Shown: positions 33,001-44,667, counted from the stretch's first letter. The stretch is 64,000 nucleotides of DNA from an uncultured bacterium (GCA_963749495.1 CAVVMW010000022.1:320001-384000), one strand, 5' to 3'. Numbers and translations are program-made. Notes: generated from the letters alone by a model not told the origin.

Positions 33001-33715
33001 GCCCTTCGGCGAGGACGAGGCCTCGCCCGCGTGGACGATCGACCTGGACAAGGGCCGGCGCCTGGCGCTCTATGGCCGCATCGACCGGGTCGATCTCTTC
33101 CGCAACCCGCAGGACGGCACCGCCTTCTGTGTAGTGGTGGACTACAAGTCGGGCCAAAAGCAGCTTGACCCGCTCCTGCTGGCCCATGGTCTCCAGTTGC
33201 AACTGCTGGCTTACTTGAACGTCCTCCGTCACTGGCCCAACCCTCAAAAACACTTCGGCGTCCAGCGCCTCATCCCCGCCGGCGTCTTCTACGTGAGCCT
33301 CCGCGGCAAATATGAGCACGAGGACAATCGCAGCGATGCCCTGGCCGACGCCGAAGCCGCCCGCAAGCTCGCCTATCGCCATACTGGCCGCTTCGACAGC
33401 CGCGTCCTGCCGCGGCTCGATGCCCGGCCCGATGTCCGCGAAGGGGATCAATTCAACTACCGCCTCACTGCCCAGGGCGCCGTCGACAAGCGCTGCCGAG
33501 ACGCCATGGAGACCCCCCAATTCGAGGCCCTGCTCAGGGCCGCCGAGGAAAACCTCCGGCAGATGGGCCTGCAAGTCTATGGCGGCCTGGCCGAAGTCGC
33601 CCCCTACCGCAAAGGCCCCGCCACCGCCTGCGACCAATGCGACTACCGCTCCATCTGCCGCATTGACCCCTGGACCCATCCCTTCCGTGTCCTGCGCAGC
33701 CCCCAAGCCGCTTAG
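30080..33715 (+). CDS. addB: AddB/RexB-like helicase-nuclease subunit
   Basis: GPAGSGKT, SVSRMEQFAACPF, GRIDRVD, VDYKSG, QLLAY, CDQCDYRSIC Fe-S staple. Confidence 0.85.
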   Translation: MQARFLLGPAGSGKTFRCLTEVRHALGASPDGAPLLLVAPKQTTYQLERQFLAHPSLPGYTRLHILSFERLAYFIFERLGLPAPEMLEEEGRLMVLRGLLARKRHELKLFRASARLTGFAQQLSMVLRELQRHQLTPESLQELAGEVQDVEGLTYKLQDLATLLRDYLDWLKAHRLKDADCLLGAAVEALGGAGEETPEPQSNSIQTRVSSVECRGNAARPPLDNQPSSLAPLHGSPPKPGLVLSIDQLWADGFVEWSPQELDLLAALMPRCRQATLTFCLDGLAAGKISWLSNWSVVRKSFEECRKRFGNLPDVTLSVEMLPRHPERGRFLNNPVLQHLEKSWSQPQPYSPPPQQPGAPPSPGCDSGPAPDQTLIRSLRLALCPNPEAEAALAAREILRHVRQGGRYREVTVLVRRLEGYHQPLQRTFSRYQIPFFLDRRESVSHHPLAELTRSALRTVAFGWMRDDWFAALKTGLVPASEVEVDRLENEALARGWQGAIWQKPILLGSDPELTAWLAGLHRRLLPPFQRLALALARRQSRPAGPDLAAALRDFWAALKVHERLDRWAAAEISSAQFRIPSSVHATVWEQMNAWLANVELAFPAEPLPLREWLPILDAGLANLTVGVIPPALDQVLVGAINRSRNPDIKLALVLGLNDTVFPAPPEANLLLTEADRLELEKRSIVLGSTARQQLGRERYYAYIACTRARQRVVLTAALHDDNGAPLNASPFLSQVRRLFPSLPLEVVPSEPDWRSSEHPSELVVPLLRARASSGGPPAGASPSLGPRPSSLVPRPSSLAPWPITALADLPALASVMEQLRHFQGPRFAERLAPDLAARLYGRILHTSVSRMEQFAACPFKFFVHSGLRAEERKRFELDVKEQGTFQHDVLALFHQELRRQGKRWRDITPAEARERVACIANSLIASYRDGLLQASEQSRFMARILTESLQDFAETLVGWMRQQYQFDPVEVELPFGEDEASPAWTIDLDKGRRLALYGRIDRVDLFRNPQDGTAFCVVVDYKSGQKQLDPLLLAHGLQLQLLAYLNVLRHWPNPQKHFGVQRLIPAGVFYVSLRGKYEHEDNRSDALADAEAARKLAYRHTGRFDSRVLPRLDARPDVREGDQFNYRLTAQGAVDKRCRDAMETPQFEALLRAAEENLRQMGLQVYGGLAEVAPYRKGPATACDQCDYRSICRIDPWTHPFRVLRSPQAA

Positions 33716-34060
33716 AGCGGCTGGCGAAATTAACCTGGCAACTCCGATCCCAGACCTTTGTCGCAACCTTTGTCCAGGCATGGCCAACTCGACAAAGGTT
33801 GCGACAAAGGCTGCGACAAAGGTCCGGCCTCGAGGACTTCGGATTTGCAGTCCAGGGTATTCCCTTGGAGTCAACACCCCATTGCGCCCCTTCTGGCCCG
33901 GGCGATGTTCTTTGCGAGGTTTGGTTTAGTTGTGGTTAGGAAAGGCGGACCGATTTATTTATCGGGCCGCCTTTCTGTTTTCTTTTTTCTCACCGAGCGC
34001 TTGAGCTTTTGGACGCGATAGCGCAGAATCGGCCTGCCGACGAACGAATGGGAAACTGGC

Positions 34061-34498
34061 ATGGGCCGATCTTATTGGTTTGAATGTTCCAAATGCGGGT
34101 ACCGCGTGAAAGTGTCCGGCCGGGAAGATCGCGGCCTGAATGTCTTTGTCCAGACCGTCCAATGCCGCGAGTGCAAGGAACTCTATGATGCCGTCATCCG
34201 GCTCAGAATCCCGGATGAGGTCCGCGAGCCGGTCCGGCCGGGCTTTCGCTTCTCCAGGTGGGCCCCACCAAGACCCCAAAGGCGGCCCTGGAACCTGAAC
34301 GGCCGCCCGCCCACCTTGCAGACAGTCCTGGGCAGGCTGCCCTATTTCGGGTCCAGGCGCTTCAAGTGGCTCTGCTTCAGAATCCAGTGCCCCGTCTCTC
34401 CGCTCCACTCGGTCGCGGCCTGGAGCGACCCCGGCCCTTGCCCCAAGTGCGGTATCTTCCTCGACAAAAGCGCCGTGCCCTATCGGATCTGGGATTAG
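34061..34498 (+). CDS. Hypothetical Cys-rich (three CxxC) protein
   Basis: CSKC, CREC and CPKC motifs. Confidence 0.55.
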   Translation: MGRSYWFECSKCGYRVKVSGREDRGLNVFVQTVQCRECKELYDAVIRLRIPDEVREPVRPGFRFSRWAPPRPQRRPWNLNGRPPTLQTVLGRLPYFGSRRFKWLCFRIQCPVSPLHSVAAWSDPGPCPKCGIFLDKSAVPYRIWD

Positions 34499-34505
34499 GA
34501 GAAAA

Positions 34506-34618
34506 TGACGAATGACGAATGACGAATGACGAAAGAAACGATCTTCGCTTTCTGGCCTGCCGTGGCAGGCTCTCTTGTTCATTCGTCATTCGTCATTCGT
34601 CATTCGTCATTCGTCATT
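34506..34618. repeat. Inverted pair of TGACGAA heptamer arrays
   Basis: (tgacgaa)4 faces (ttcgtca)n. Confidence 0.75.
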
Positions 34619-34629
34619 GAGAAAGAACT

Positions 34630-36184
34630 ATGAACACCGCAAAGAAGAACCAACGCATTAACTGGACAAACCTCATCTGCTTGCTGGGGGCCTCCAGCCT
34701 CTGTTGGGCTCGGGGCGCGGACGTGCCGCGGGCGGAGCACCCCCGCCCGGACGCCTTCCGCCAGAACTGGGCGACCCTCAATGGCCAGTGGCAATTCGAG
34801 ATTGACGAACGGGCGGACGGCGAGGCGCGGGGCCTGGCCTCGGGCAAGGAGCTGGCCTCGAAGATCCTCGTGCCGTTTTGCGCCGAGAGCCCGCTCTCGG
34901 GCGTGGACCACTACGGCTTCATGAAACACACCTGGTATCGCCGCACCTTCGAACTGCCTGCCGCCATGAGCGGCAACCGGGTGCGCCTGCACTTTGGCGG
35001 CGTGGATTACCAGGCCTGGGTCTGGCTCAACGGCCGGCCCGTCGGCTCCCACATCGGCGGCAGCTCCAGTTTCTCTTTCGAGATCACCAAAGACCTCAAG
35101 CCGGGCGTCAACGAACTGGTCGTCCATGTCTTCGACGATACCGCCAGCGGCCGGCAACCCACCGGCAAGCAGACCCACACCGTCAGCGAGGGCTGCGTCT
35201 ATACGCGCACCACCGGCATCTGGCAGCCCGTTTGGCTGGAGGCCGTCGGCTCGGCCTTCGTCGAGAATTTCTCAATCGTGCCCGACCCGGACGGCTCGCG
35301 CGTGCTCATCGCCGCCTCGGTCAACGCCCCCAATCCGCGCCTGCGCCTGGTTGCCCGCGCCTTCGCCGACGGGCGGCAGGTCGGGGCCGATTCCTGCCCC
35401 GTCCAGGGCCGCGACCAGCGCCTGGTCGTCAAGCTCAGCCGCAAGCGGCTCTGGGAGCCGGGCGCCCCGTTCCTCTATGACCTGAGGTTCACGCTCCAGG
35501 ACGGCCAAGCCAAAGTGGACGAGGTGACCAGCTATTTCGGCCTGCGCAAGGTCTCCATCGAGGGCCGCGCCATGCTCCTGAACGGCCAACGCGTCTTCCA
35601 GCGCCTCATCCTGGACCAGGGCTTTTACCCGGACGGCATCTGGACCGCGCCCTCGGACGATGAACTCAGGAAGGACATCGAGCGCTCGATGGCCGCCGGC
35701 TACAACGGCGCCCGCCTGCACCAGAAGGTCTTCGAGCCGCGCTTCCTTTACTGGGCCGACAAGCTCGGCTACCTGGTCTGGGGCGAGTTCCCCAATCAGC
35801 GAGTTCGGCGGCACCTTCTGGGGGGACAAGGCCGGCGGTTGGGGCTACGGCGCCGGACCCCGGAGCATGGACGAGTTCTACAACCGCTACGAAGGGCTGG
35901 TCAATGCCCTGCTCGATAACCCGGACCTCTTCGGGTTTTGCTACACCCAGCTCACCGACGTCGAGCAGGAGCACAACGGCCTCTTTTATTACGATCGCCG
36001 GCCCAAGTTCGATCTCAAGCGCCTGCACGCCATTACCTCGCGCCAGGCCGCTTACGAAAAGACCGGGCCGACCGCCGCCCCGCCTGCCCCCGCGCCCGAG
36101 CCTCATTGAGACCCCAACACCCTGGCCGTCCACACCCGCCAGACCACCGGCGGCCAGTTCATCGCCCCGGCTCTGCTCTGCGAG
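34630..36184 (+). pseudogene. Glycoside hydrolase family 2, internally deleted
   Basis: LHFGGVDY, TGIWQPVWLE, LDQGFYPDG, RLHQK, LVWGEFPN then a jump near 35797 to SEFGG...GFCYTQLTDVEQE in another frame. Confidence 0.75.
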
Positions 36185-36200
36185 TGAGTCCCACTGCGAT

Positions 36201-36410
36201 CTAAGCCGGCGTTAGCTCTGTGTCCAACGGTTTCTCTTTGGTGAAGCGGCTTACCCCGAGGATGCTGAAACCGACGATGTTCCCTTGAGCGTCCACACGC
36301 TCCATGACGGCATCGTGTTTCGTTTCCTTCATATACCCAGGGACATCCGCGAAGCGCACCTCGAGATAATCTGCCTCTGCGTCGAACCAAACTTTTATTT
36401 TTTCGGCCAT
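36201..36410 (-). CDS. DUF2283-like antitoxin
   Basis: KVWFDAEADYLEVRF...D.QGNIVGFSI. Confidence 0.75.
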   Translation of the reverse strand: MAEKIKVWFDAEADYLEVRFADVPGYMKETKHDAVMERVDAQGNIVGFSILGVSRFTKEKPLDTELTPA

Positions 36411-36706
36411 AAGTCCTCTCCGGCTTTCGGCTTGTCCGTCAGGTAAGCCGTGACGACAAACGCATCGTTCATGCCATATTTAACCACAACGCAGAGCCAC
36501 CTGCCACCAAGAACCGTCTGCGCGTAGAACTCATAGAACAACCGTACTGCTGCATCGGAAAACGAGCGACGCACCAACCGCGGCTGCCGCAGCACCCGCG
36601 CGATTTCCAACTCCATCCCGGTCATTTCCGGGTGCTCCAAAATGTGGGCGAGCCGTTCACCGGTGAGCCGCACGTCGTTCCCGAAGCAATCCTGCAGGAG
36701 CTTCAC
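36395..36706 (-). CDS. Putative RelE-fold toxin partner of DUF2283
   Basis: GTG start overlaps the methyltransferase stop; VRLTGERLAHILEHPEM...FVVTAYLT; coupled to the DUF2283 gene. Confidence 0.6.
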   Translation of the reverse strand: MKLLQDCFGNDVRLTGERLAHILEHPEMTGMELEIARVLRQPRLVRRSFSDAAVRLFYEFYAQTVLGGRWLCVVVKYGMNDAFVVTAYLTDKPKAGEDLWPKK

Positions 36707-39700
36707 TTGGCAGCGCCCTCCACGAGCTTGATTTCGTCTTTGGTCAGTCTGTAAATCCGGTAAATCCGGTCGTTGATTTCTGACTCCCAGGCTCCGCAGT
36801 TCTCGCCGCGCGCCGCCAAGCATTTCTCGACCAGCGACTCGATGGCGGATCGCTCCGCTGGGTCTCGCCGCGGGAATGGGGATTTGTTCCATATAGTCGG
36901 AGAAGGCACGCAGGTAGCCGCCGCGCAGCCGACTTGAAATCATACCGTAAAACCACTCAACGGCGGATGAGTTCAACAATCCCGTCATCCATTTTTCATC
37001 GGTCGGTATGAAGTAGCAGGTGTTTGCGGGGTAGTACCCTTCCTCGTCCCAGGCGAAGCTCTGTCTCTCGTAGATGTCTGGATAGGGGATCTTCGGCTTC
37101 TCGAATTCTTGCCAGTACGCGATATTGTCCTGAATCTCAAACCACTGGTAACTGCCTGGCTTTCTGCCGCCTGGGACACCTGGCGTGAGTCGCTTTCTAA
37201 AGTGCTGAAGGTGTTTGTGAATCGCGGGGTATTTTTCAATGTCAATGCCTCGGCGCGTGAAGATCAGCCAGAGGTCGTGGCTTTCGACATGCCAGCGTTT
37301 CACGTCTCTACCGCGCACGAACGGTTTGAGAAGTTCGGCGGAGGATTCGTTTTCCGCTATCAGCTTGTCGCGGGTGGCTCGGCTAACGACAAACGCTTCG
37401 TTCAGGCCCGTCTTGATGCCGTAGTAGAAGCGGCCGTTAACATATTCGGCCAGAGGGGCTCCTGCGCTCCGGAGCTTTTGCATCAACTGTAACGCGGGTA
37501 GGGACTCGAGTTGCCAGCTTTTCCCGCCAAAGCCTTTTTGTGGGAGGGGGCTGGCGGAATTTGCAACCAACTCCGTGAAGCGCGCGAGTTCTTCGAGGTT
37601 TTTGACTTTCAGGGTCCGTAGTTCATGCTCGACTTCGGGTCTCCGGTTGCTGGCTACGATTATGCACGGGTAAGCTGTGGCTTCAAAGATGGGCAGGTCG
37701 CCAAAGTCAATGACGGTTTGAAGTTCGGTGTTTGCTCGGAGGAAGGCGCGGAGTTTCTCGCCGTATGCGGCGCGGAAGAACTTGTTGGAGCTGATGAAGG
37801 ACAGTACGCCGCCCTCGCGCAACAGCTTTACGCCGCGCTCGAAGAAATAGACGTACAGGTCGGCAACGCCTGTGTAACAAGCATAGGCGTTTTCCAGGAG
37901 CGGTTTAAGGTCTTTGATTTTTTCCTGCCGCACGTAAGGAGGGTTCGCGAGCATGAGGTCGAAGCCACCCTGGGTTTGAGTTTCTGTGGTGTCGAGCAAG
38001 TCTTTGCCCGGCGTCGTTTTTGGGGGCCGGTGGAAGACCTCAGCGAAGTCGAGTTGCCAGACGAACGTCGGCTTGGCTTCATCGGCGAAGTAGCCGCTCA
38101 ATCTCTCGAGCGCCCCGTCCTTCTGGGCGGTGGGGATGCCGCGTTTCTTCGCGGCGTCAAGTTGGGCTTTGAAGGCGTTCATCTCGCGGATGGCGTGCTC
38201 CAACTCCTGATGCCGCGCGAAGTCGGCGTCGTTGTCGGATCGGATGAGCGAGCTTTTCAGTTCCAGCTTGCTGCGTTTGAATTCGAGGAGGGCGAGGTCG
38301 GCGGCGGCGTCCAGAATCTCGAACTGGAGTCGGCGCTTCTCGGGCAGGCTGTGCGCGTCGTAGAAGGCGCGTTTGGCGGTGGTGAGCCGGTTGAGAATGG
38401 GCGGTAGAAAACCCTTTTCCTCCAGGTGCGCGCGGGCAAGGTAGAGGGGGTGGCCGCGAACCATGTCAATGAGCGAGTTGGCGCGGCGGATTTTGAAATC
38501 GAGGTTGGGCAGCGGGGTAATTTTTTTGAGGGCGTCGCGGAAGGCTTTGGCGGAGCAACTGTCCAGCGTCGGCCTCCAGGGGGTGATCCACCATGAGGCT
38601 GAGCCAGAGCCGCAGCTTGCAGATTTCGATGGCGCGTTCCTGGATGTCCACGCCATAGAGGCAGCGCTCGATGATGCGGGCTTTGGTTTCGTAAAGCCAA
38701 TCGCTGTCAGCCTCGGCGGGGTCCTTGCCGCGCGAGCGGGTCTCGCATAGGCGGCGGAGATTAAGCAGTTCGTGGAGCAGGCCGACGGGGAACGCGCCCG
38801 AGCCGACGGCGAGGTCGCAAGCGCGGAATTCGTCCAGCCGGTCGAGAATGGCGCGGGCTTCCTCCGGGGTGAGGCAGGCGTCCAGGGCTGCGCGTTCGCC
38901 GGGGTCAATGCCGTCAGAGGCGTCGAGGGCGAGGAGTTTTTCGAGGCGTTGCGGCCAGTCTTTGGGGTTTGAGGCATCAGGGGGGGATTGTTCCAGCCAA
39001 CCGCGCAAGCCTTCGCGGCAGAGGTAGTGAACGATTGGGCGCGGGGTGTAAAAGCTGCCGGTGTCGTGGCGCGACGTTTTTCCCCCGATGTCGGACTGCT
39101 CAAGTTTCAGCACGAGCGATTCAAAGACTTTGCCGAGCATTTCGGGGTCAATGGCAACCTCGACGCTGAGCGGGCTGTCCTCGCGGACGGTGAAATTGTA
39201 CGCCTCCAGCAAATCGGCGAAGACGTGCTGGAGAACGTCGTTGCCGATTTTCAGGGAGTAGCTCCGCCGGGCGGCTTCGCCGCGCTGCTCGGCCCCGTAT
39301 TCGTCCACGAACAGGCCGCCGTTGAGGAACGGCAGGTCGTGGCCGGGGATGTCGGCTTCCCTGCCTTCGGTAGCCAGCTTGGTGAAGAGTGGTTTGAGGA
39401 ATTGTTGGTGGAACCTCGTGGCGTCGGGGCCTCTGTCCGCGTCTTCCTTGAAGTTGCGGAAAAGGTAATCGCGCTGCCGATTGAGCCAGCCTTTCCGCTG
39501 GACGAAGCAAAGGAACAGGAGCCGGTTGAGAAGCGTTTGAGCCTCGCGCTGGGCGAGGGCGTCGTCGGTCTGCGGGTTGCGCTGGCGGATGTCGGCGGTC
39601 ACGCGCTTAAAGACGTTCGTGAAATCGGTGAAAAACTCTTTGTTGAGTTTCTCGACGTTGAAGGCTTCGACCAGGTCCTGGATCTGGGCATCCCTGCCGC

Positions 39701-40178
39701 GCGCGGCCAACTCGGCGAAGCGTTCGGCGGGGGTGCGGCAGGACTCGCCGGGGCCGAGGAGGTAGGTGTAGCGGCGGGGGGCGGTTTCACGGCGCACGAG
39801 GTTCCCTTCGGCGTCGAAGGCGGATTCGCGGGCGGCGAACGTGAAGCGGTAATCGGGGCGAGGGGTGAGGAAGACGGAAAGCATCCCGTGGTATTCAGCC
39901 TGGTCAATGAACCGGGTGACCAGGTTGCGCAGGCCGACCCGGTTACGCGCAAGGTCGGTGTCTTCGCCGACACGCACTTCGAGGATGCCGAGTTGGCGGT
40001 CGCCGTGGAGTTGGACGCGGCCCAGTTGGAGAACCGATTGGGCGCGGTCATCCGCGGTGGCCAGGGGCTGGGGCAAGGAAAAAACCTCCGTTTGAGGCAG
40101 GACACCGCGCAGGGTCTGCAACCAACCGTCGCGTTGGTACGGCCTGGCAAGAAATGATTGGAGTTCCTCTTTGTTCAT
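36703..40178 (-). CDS. Eco57I/type IIG-like N6-adenine DNA methyltransferase with target-recognition domain; frameshifts near 38570 and 36865
   Basis: FLNGGLF, DPEMLGKVFE, GSFYTP, DLAVGSGAF, GVDI, NPPY, GIKTG, LNSS. Confidence 0.85.
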
Positions 40179-43100
40179 TTCCTTGGCGGCTGGTCAAAGG
40201 ACTCGGAAAGGATGATGTCCGGCGGGGTGTCGAGGAAGCGGGGATGAACGGCAGTGGCTGGCTGGTTGGCTTGGTCGAGCAAGGGGTAGCCTCGTAAAAT
40301 CTGGATGAGTTTATCGGCGAGCGCAGCGGGGGCGATCTTCACTTCTTTGGTCGAGCGTTGGAGCTGGTTGATCTGGCGCTGGAGTTTCAGGAACCGGGCG
40401 CGGCGGATGGCCTGCCGGGCGGCCTTGATGAGGCGCTTCTCCTCCTCGCTCACAAAGGGAAGGCTCAGAAAGCCATCCAGGTACGAGAGGGCGCGGCGCT
40501 CGTTTGGCCCCTGGGCGGCGTCGGCGACTTCGGCCTGCAAGGCCTGGGCGGTGGACTGTTCCTTGAACCGGGAAAGGGCGGCGTTGACGTGGTCGTGGTG
40601 CGCGGCGTGGAGCGGGATGGCTTTTTCCTTGGGGTCCGGGGCGCGAAACTCGCGGGCGGCTTCGAGCACGGTGATTTCCTCGAGTGCGGAGTGGGCCCTC
40701 ACCCCTAACCCCTCTCCCATCGGATGGGCGAGGGGAACCGGAGTGGCGCGGTAGAAGCCGTCGCGGCGGTGGCTGCGGATGAAGGTGACAGTGCTGCCGG
40801 CGCGGGTGGCATCGGAACGGCCCACACGGGCGCGTAGCGGGAGATTGTGGATGCGGCGGAATTGCTCGGGGTGCTGCTGGCGGAATTTGCGGAGTTCCAT
40901 CAGGAGCGCAAGGCGTTCGTCGCGCTCTTCTTCCTCGGGCGAGCGCTCGAACAGGCCAAAGGTGTCCACTTCCTCGGTTTCGGAATAAATCTGGCTATCC
41001 TCGCCCAGGGCGGTGTGGAAGGCTTGCAGCTTCATGATGGCCTTCTTTTTCAACTCGATGTCGTTGTCCACGCGGGCGGTGGGGTAGAAGTTGTATATGT
41101 ATATGCGGGGCGCGACGCAGCCGATGCGGTTTACGCGGCCAACGCGTTGCATGAGGCGGGTGGAATTCCACGGCGTATCGTAATTCACGATGATGTTGGC
41201 GCGGTGGAGGTTGATGCCTTCGGCGAGGACTTCGGTGGAGAGGAGGATGTCGTAGTCGTTGGCGTGCTCGGCGGAGTTGCCATCGAAGTTTGCCTGCACT
41301 AGGGGCATGCGTTCCTGGCGGTTCGTGGAATCCACGATGAGGACCTTCGTGTAACCGGCCTCGGCCAGGCGCCCGCGGAGGTAGTCGGTGGTGTCTTTGG
41401 CTTCGGAAAAAATGATCAGTTTGTTGCCCTCATGGTTGATCTTGCGGTCGAAAAGCTCGCCTTTGAGGCGGGGCAGAAACTCCGCGAATTTGGGGTCTTC
41501 CTGGACGGCGCCCCAGTCATCACAGAGCGCATTCAGCTTGGCGAGGTCGCTCTCCAGTCCCGGCAGAAACTCGTCTTGGAAATCGTTTGGGGTGCAAACC
41601 TCGATGGTCGGGTCGGTGGCTTGGCGTTGGGCGATTTCGGCGATAAGCTCCTCCTCCCGGCCTTCAACGAGGAATTCGGTCACGTTGAGGCTGGGCGCAA
41701 TGTACACGGTGCCTTTGGCGAACATGTCGGCCATGACGCTGGTGGCCTCGCGGAAGCGGCCGAGGGAGAGCCGGAACGCGTGGAAACTGCTGTCGAGGCG
41801 CTTGACCAGCAGCGTGCGCATGATGAAGGCGAGTTGCTGGGAGATACGGTCGGCGTTCTGGTATTTCCGTTTCTTGGGCGGTTTGAGGAAGCCGATGGCG
41901 CGGTAGCGGTTGTAAGTCAAGCCGTGCGGGTCGGACAGGAGCGCGGCCGTGCGGTCGTACAGGTTTTCGAGCGCGGGCGAGAGCGGATAATATATGGCGC
42001 GGGGCTTTTCGATATGCGGAAAGGTGACACCCTGCTCGTCCAGGTCCTGCTTGTATTGGTCGTGCTCAAGCAGGTCGGTGCGCGTGCGGCGGACGATGAC
42101 CTCGGAAATAACCTTGGTGCGGATGAGTTCGTAGGTTTTCTTGACCAGGCGCCGGGCGGTTTCGATGTCGGGTTCCTTGCGCGCTTGCTGGTACTCCTTT
42201 TCGCGCTGGGCGAAAAAGTGCTGGAGGTTGGCGATGCTCAAGGTGGCGTCCTTGAGGTCCTGGAAGAGGGCGATTTGGTTGCGGATGTCGTCGGGGCGGT
42301 TGTTGAGCGGGGTGGCGCTCACGAGGATGACTTTCTTGGCGGCGTGGCCGCCGCCGGGGAGCTGGCGCTGGGTGGGTGTCTTGCAGATGCGCTGGAGCTC
42401 GTCAAATGCCTCGGCGGTGTCGTTGCGGAATTTGTGGGCTTCGTCAACGATCACCAGGTCGAATCTTTCCGGGTGCCTGACTTTGTGAAGGCTGCCGTTG
42501 GTCTGAATCTTCACGTTGTCGAGGCGGAACTGTTCGACGGTCCATTCCCAATTGTCCCTGACCGCCGGCGGCACGACAATGAGGGTGTGGGAGCGGTGTT
42601 CCGGGAAGCCGTTGTAAAAGAAGAATTTCTTGGCGATCAGGGTGGCGACGATGGTTTTCCCCAGGCCAACCACATCCGCCAGGAAGAAGCCGTTGTGTTT
42701 TTCCAGCAAACGGAAGCCGCTGCTGACGGCGTCCATCTGGTAGGCAAGGCGCTTGAATTGGCCGGGCAGGTCGGTGATGGCGTTCGGATCGTATTCGATG
42801 CTCGGGCCGAAGTACTCGACCAGCAGTTTCCAGAATAGCTCGTGCGGGGTGACGTTGCCGGCCAGATAAGTCGAGTGGCAGACCTGTTGGAGGGACTTCG
42901 GCAGGATTTCGGTGGATTCGTCCCAGAGGCGCTCGAACTCGTCGGCGGCGAACCGGACGTCGGTGTAATCGTGGAGCAGGACATTGAATTCGTAGTTGCG
43001 GACCTCCTCGGTGGTGCCGAGGCCGGCGGCGGTGAGGTTTGACGAGCCGGTTATGACGGCACCGGGTTTGTGCTCGTTGAAGCCCTTCGGACGGAAGATG

Positions 43101-43601
43101 TACAGCTTGGCATGGAGCCGCTGCGTCGGGTGAGCGCGGATGGAGATTTTTTTCGAGGCAACGTCGTCCACGAATTGGAGGATGCCGTTTTCGGTTTCTT
43201 TGCTGTAGGCGGCGCCCTGGATGTCCTTGCGAAGGTCGTTCTGGAATTCCTCCAGGGCCTTGGTGGGGTCGGGCATGAAGAGCAGGCCGCGCCGGTGGTA
43301 ATCGGCCATGATGGCGTCAACGTTGATGCCGACCAAAATGCGGATGTGGGGCACGTTGCTGAGGAACGGCCGGATGGCGAAATAGCCGGAGGCGCGGAGG
43401 TATCCGACCAGGGCGTCGAACCATTCGATGTCGGCGTTGCTCTCAAAGACGCCACGGAATTTTCTGAGGAGGGTCTGGTCGCCTTGATTGGTGAAAAAGC
43501 GGGTGGAAATCGGCTCGGTGGCCGGCGGGTGGTCACGGGCGACCGGTGCGGGCGCCGTCGGCTGCGAGGCCGGAGACGTAAACGGTTTTGCGGTCGTCGC
43601 C
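40175..43601 (-). CDS. PLD-family nuclease fused to SNF2-type helicase
   Basis: LHAKLY...GSSNLT..NYEFN; LADVVGLGKT; VDEAH; SATP; EGINL; QRVGRVNR. Confidence 0.9.
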
Positions 43602-43689
43602 ATTGCTTTCAAATGGCGCAAGGATGCTCCGAAAGGGGCGGGGCTGCACTAAAAAAGATGGGTTCATGGTACATCGGGCTGGTGTGCGC

Positions 43690-44667
43690 TCAGATTGTTG
43701 CCGTTGTCACCCGGTACTCGCAAACGGCCCGGAAAAACTCCGGAATCGTCCAGACGTGATCGGTAAGGCCGGCGCCGACTGCCGGCGTAGTGCCGAGCCT
43801 GCTGTGTCGCTTGACGAAGTTGTGGGCCGCGACGAACAGAGCGATGGAATGCCGATGGTTGGCCAGCTTGCGGGACCACCCCAGGCACAGGCGCGTAAAA
43901 CGGCGGTTGAACGTCCTGACTGACAGGTTGGCGCGCTCAACGTGGCTTGTGCATATTCTGTCCCGGCGCGGGTTGCAGGCCTTGGGGTGGATCGTAACCC
44001 CAACAAACGGGGCAGGCGAATAGCGGCGGCGGGCTTCCACTTGTGCCGGCGGGGCGCCATAGATCTTTTGCATGACGGCGTAATCAACCCGCTCAAGCAG
44101 ATAATGGCGGATGGTGTCGGGGTACGCGCTGAATCCATCGCTGGTGATTTGGACCCTCCCCACGATCCGGCTGGCCAGGTCCCCGACAAACGTGTCGGTG
44201 TTCTCGTAATCGCGCTTCCCGGTGTGGTGGGCGACCATCAGCTTCGTGCGGGCGTCCAGGGCCAGGAACGTGTAAAAATCACCCCGCTCTTGATCCTCTG
44301 GCGTTGTGCGGCTCTGGCGCACCCCCACCTTGGACCACAGTTCGTCAATCTGGATCGGCCCGACGGTCAACCCGCGTAGCCGGTGATCCAGGAAGGCGGC
44401 GCACTTCTCCCCGAACGTTTCCAGCACGCCAAGAACGGGGTGCGGGTGGCACCGGGTCAGCCGCGCAGCCGCTCGGATTCCGACGCCCTCCGTCAACAGT
44501 GAATGATCTGGATCGCTTGGCTGTCAGGGATTCTCAAATCCTCCAGTGGTTGAGGTTGTGAAAAAGTCCTGCCGCACTGCGTACAGCGGAAACGCTGGAC
44601 GATGCGGTTCTTGTTCTGAAAGTGGCCGAAACGCTTCGCTTCACCCCGAACACCAGTAGCAATTCAA
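43690..44667 (-). mobile_element. IS1-family transposase with N-terminal Zn ribbon (frameshifts ~44500 and ~44645)
   Basis: Reconstructed MNCYWC...CTQC...GVGIRAAARL; IQIDELW, ITSDG, TSHVERANL, RRFTRL DDE motifs. Element ends not identified. Confidence 0.75.

Noticed and set aside
30080..33715. addB without adjacent addA as a novel system
   Set aside because: The partner may be elsewhere in the genome, which cannot be judged from this window.
31178..33877. Long antisense ORFs (here and opposite other genes)
   Set aside because: Expected shadows of high-GC coding sequence, with no motifs.
36395..39103. 902-aa ORF as an MTase-toxin fusion
   Set aside because: Artefact of frameshifts. The MTase stop (36703) and a separate GTG start (36706) are present.
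14851..44667. Frameshifts in actB, aldo/keto reductase, exeA-like, MTase and IS1 as programmed frameshifting or pseudogenisation
   Set aside because: They are scattered single-base indels in otherwise well-conserved genes, including a compensating pair, with no consistent slippery motif. Sequencing or assembly error is more likely.
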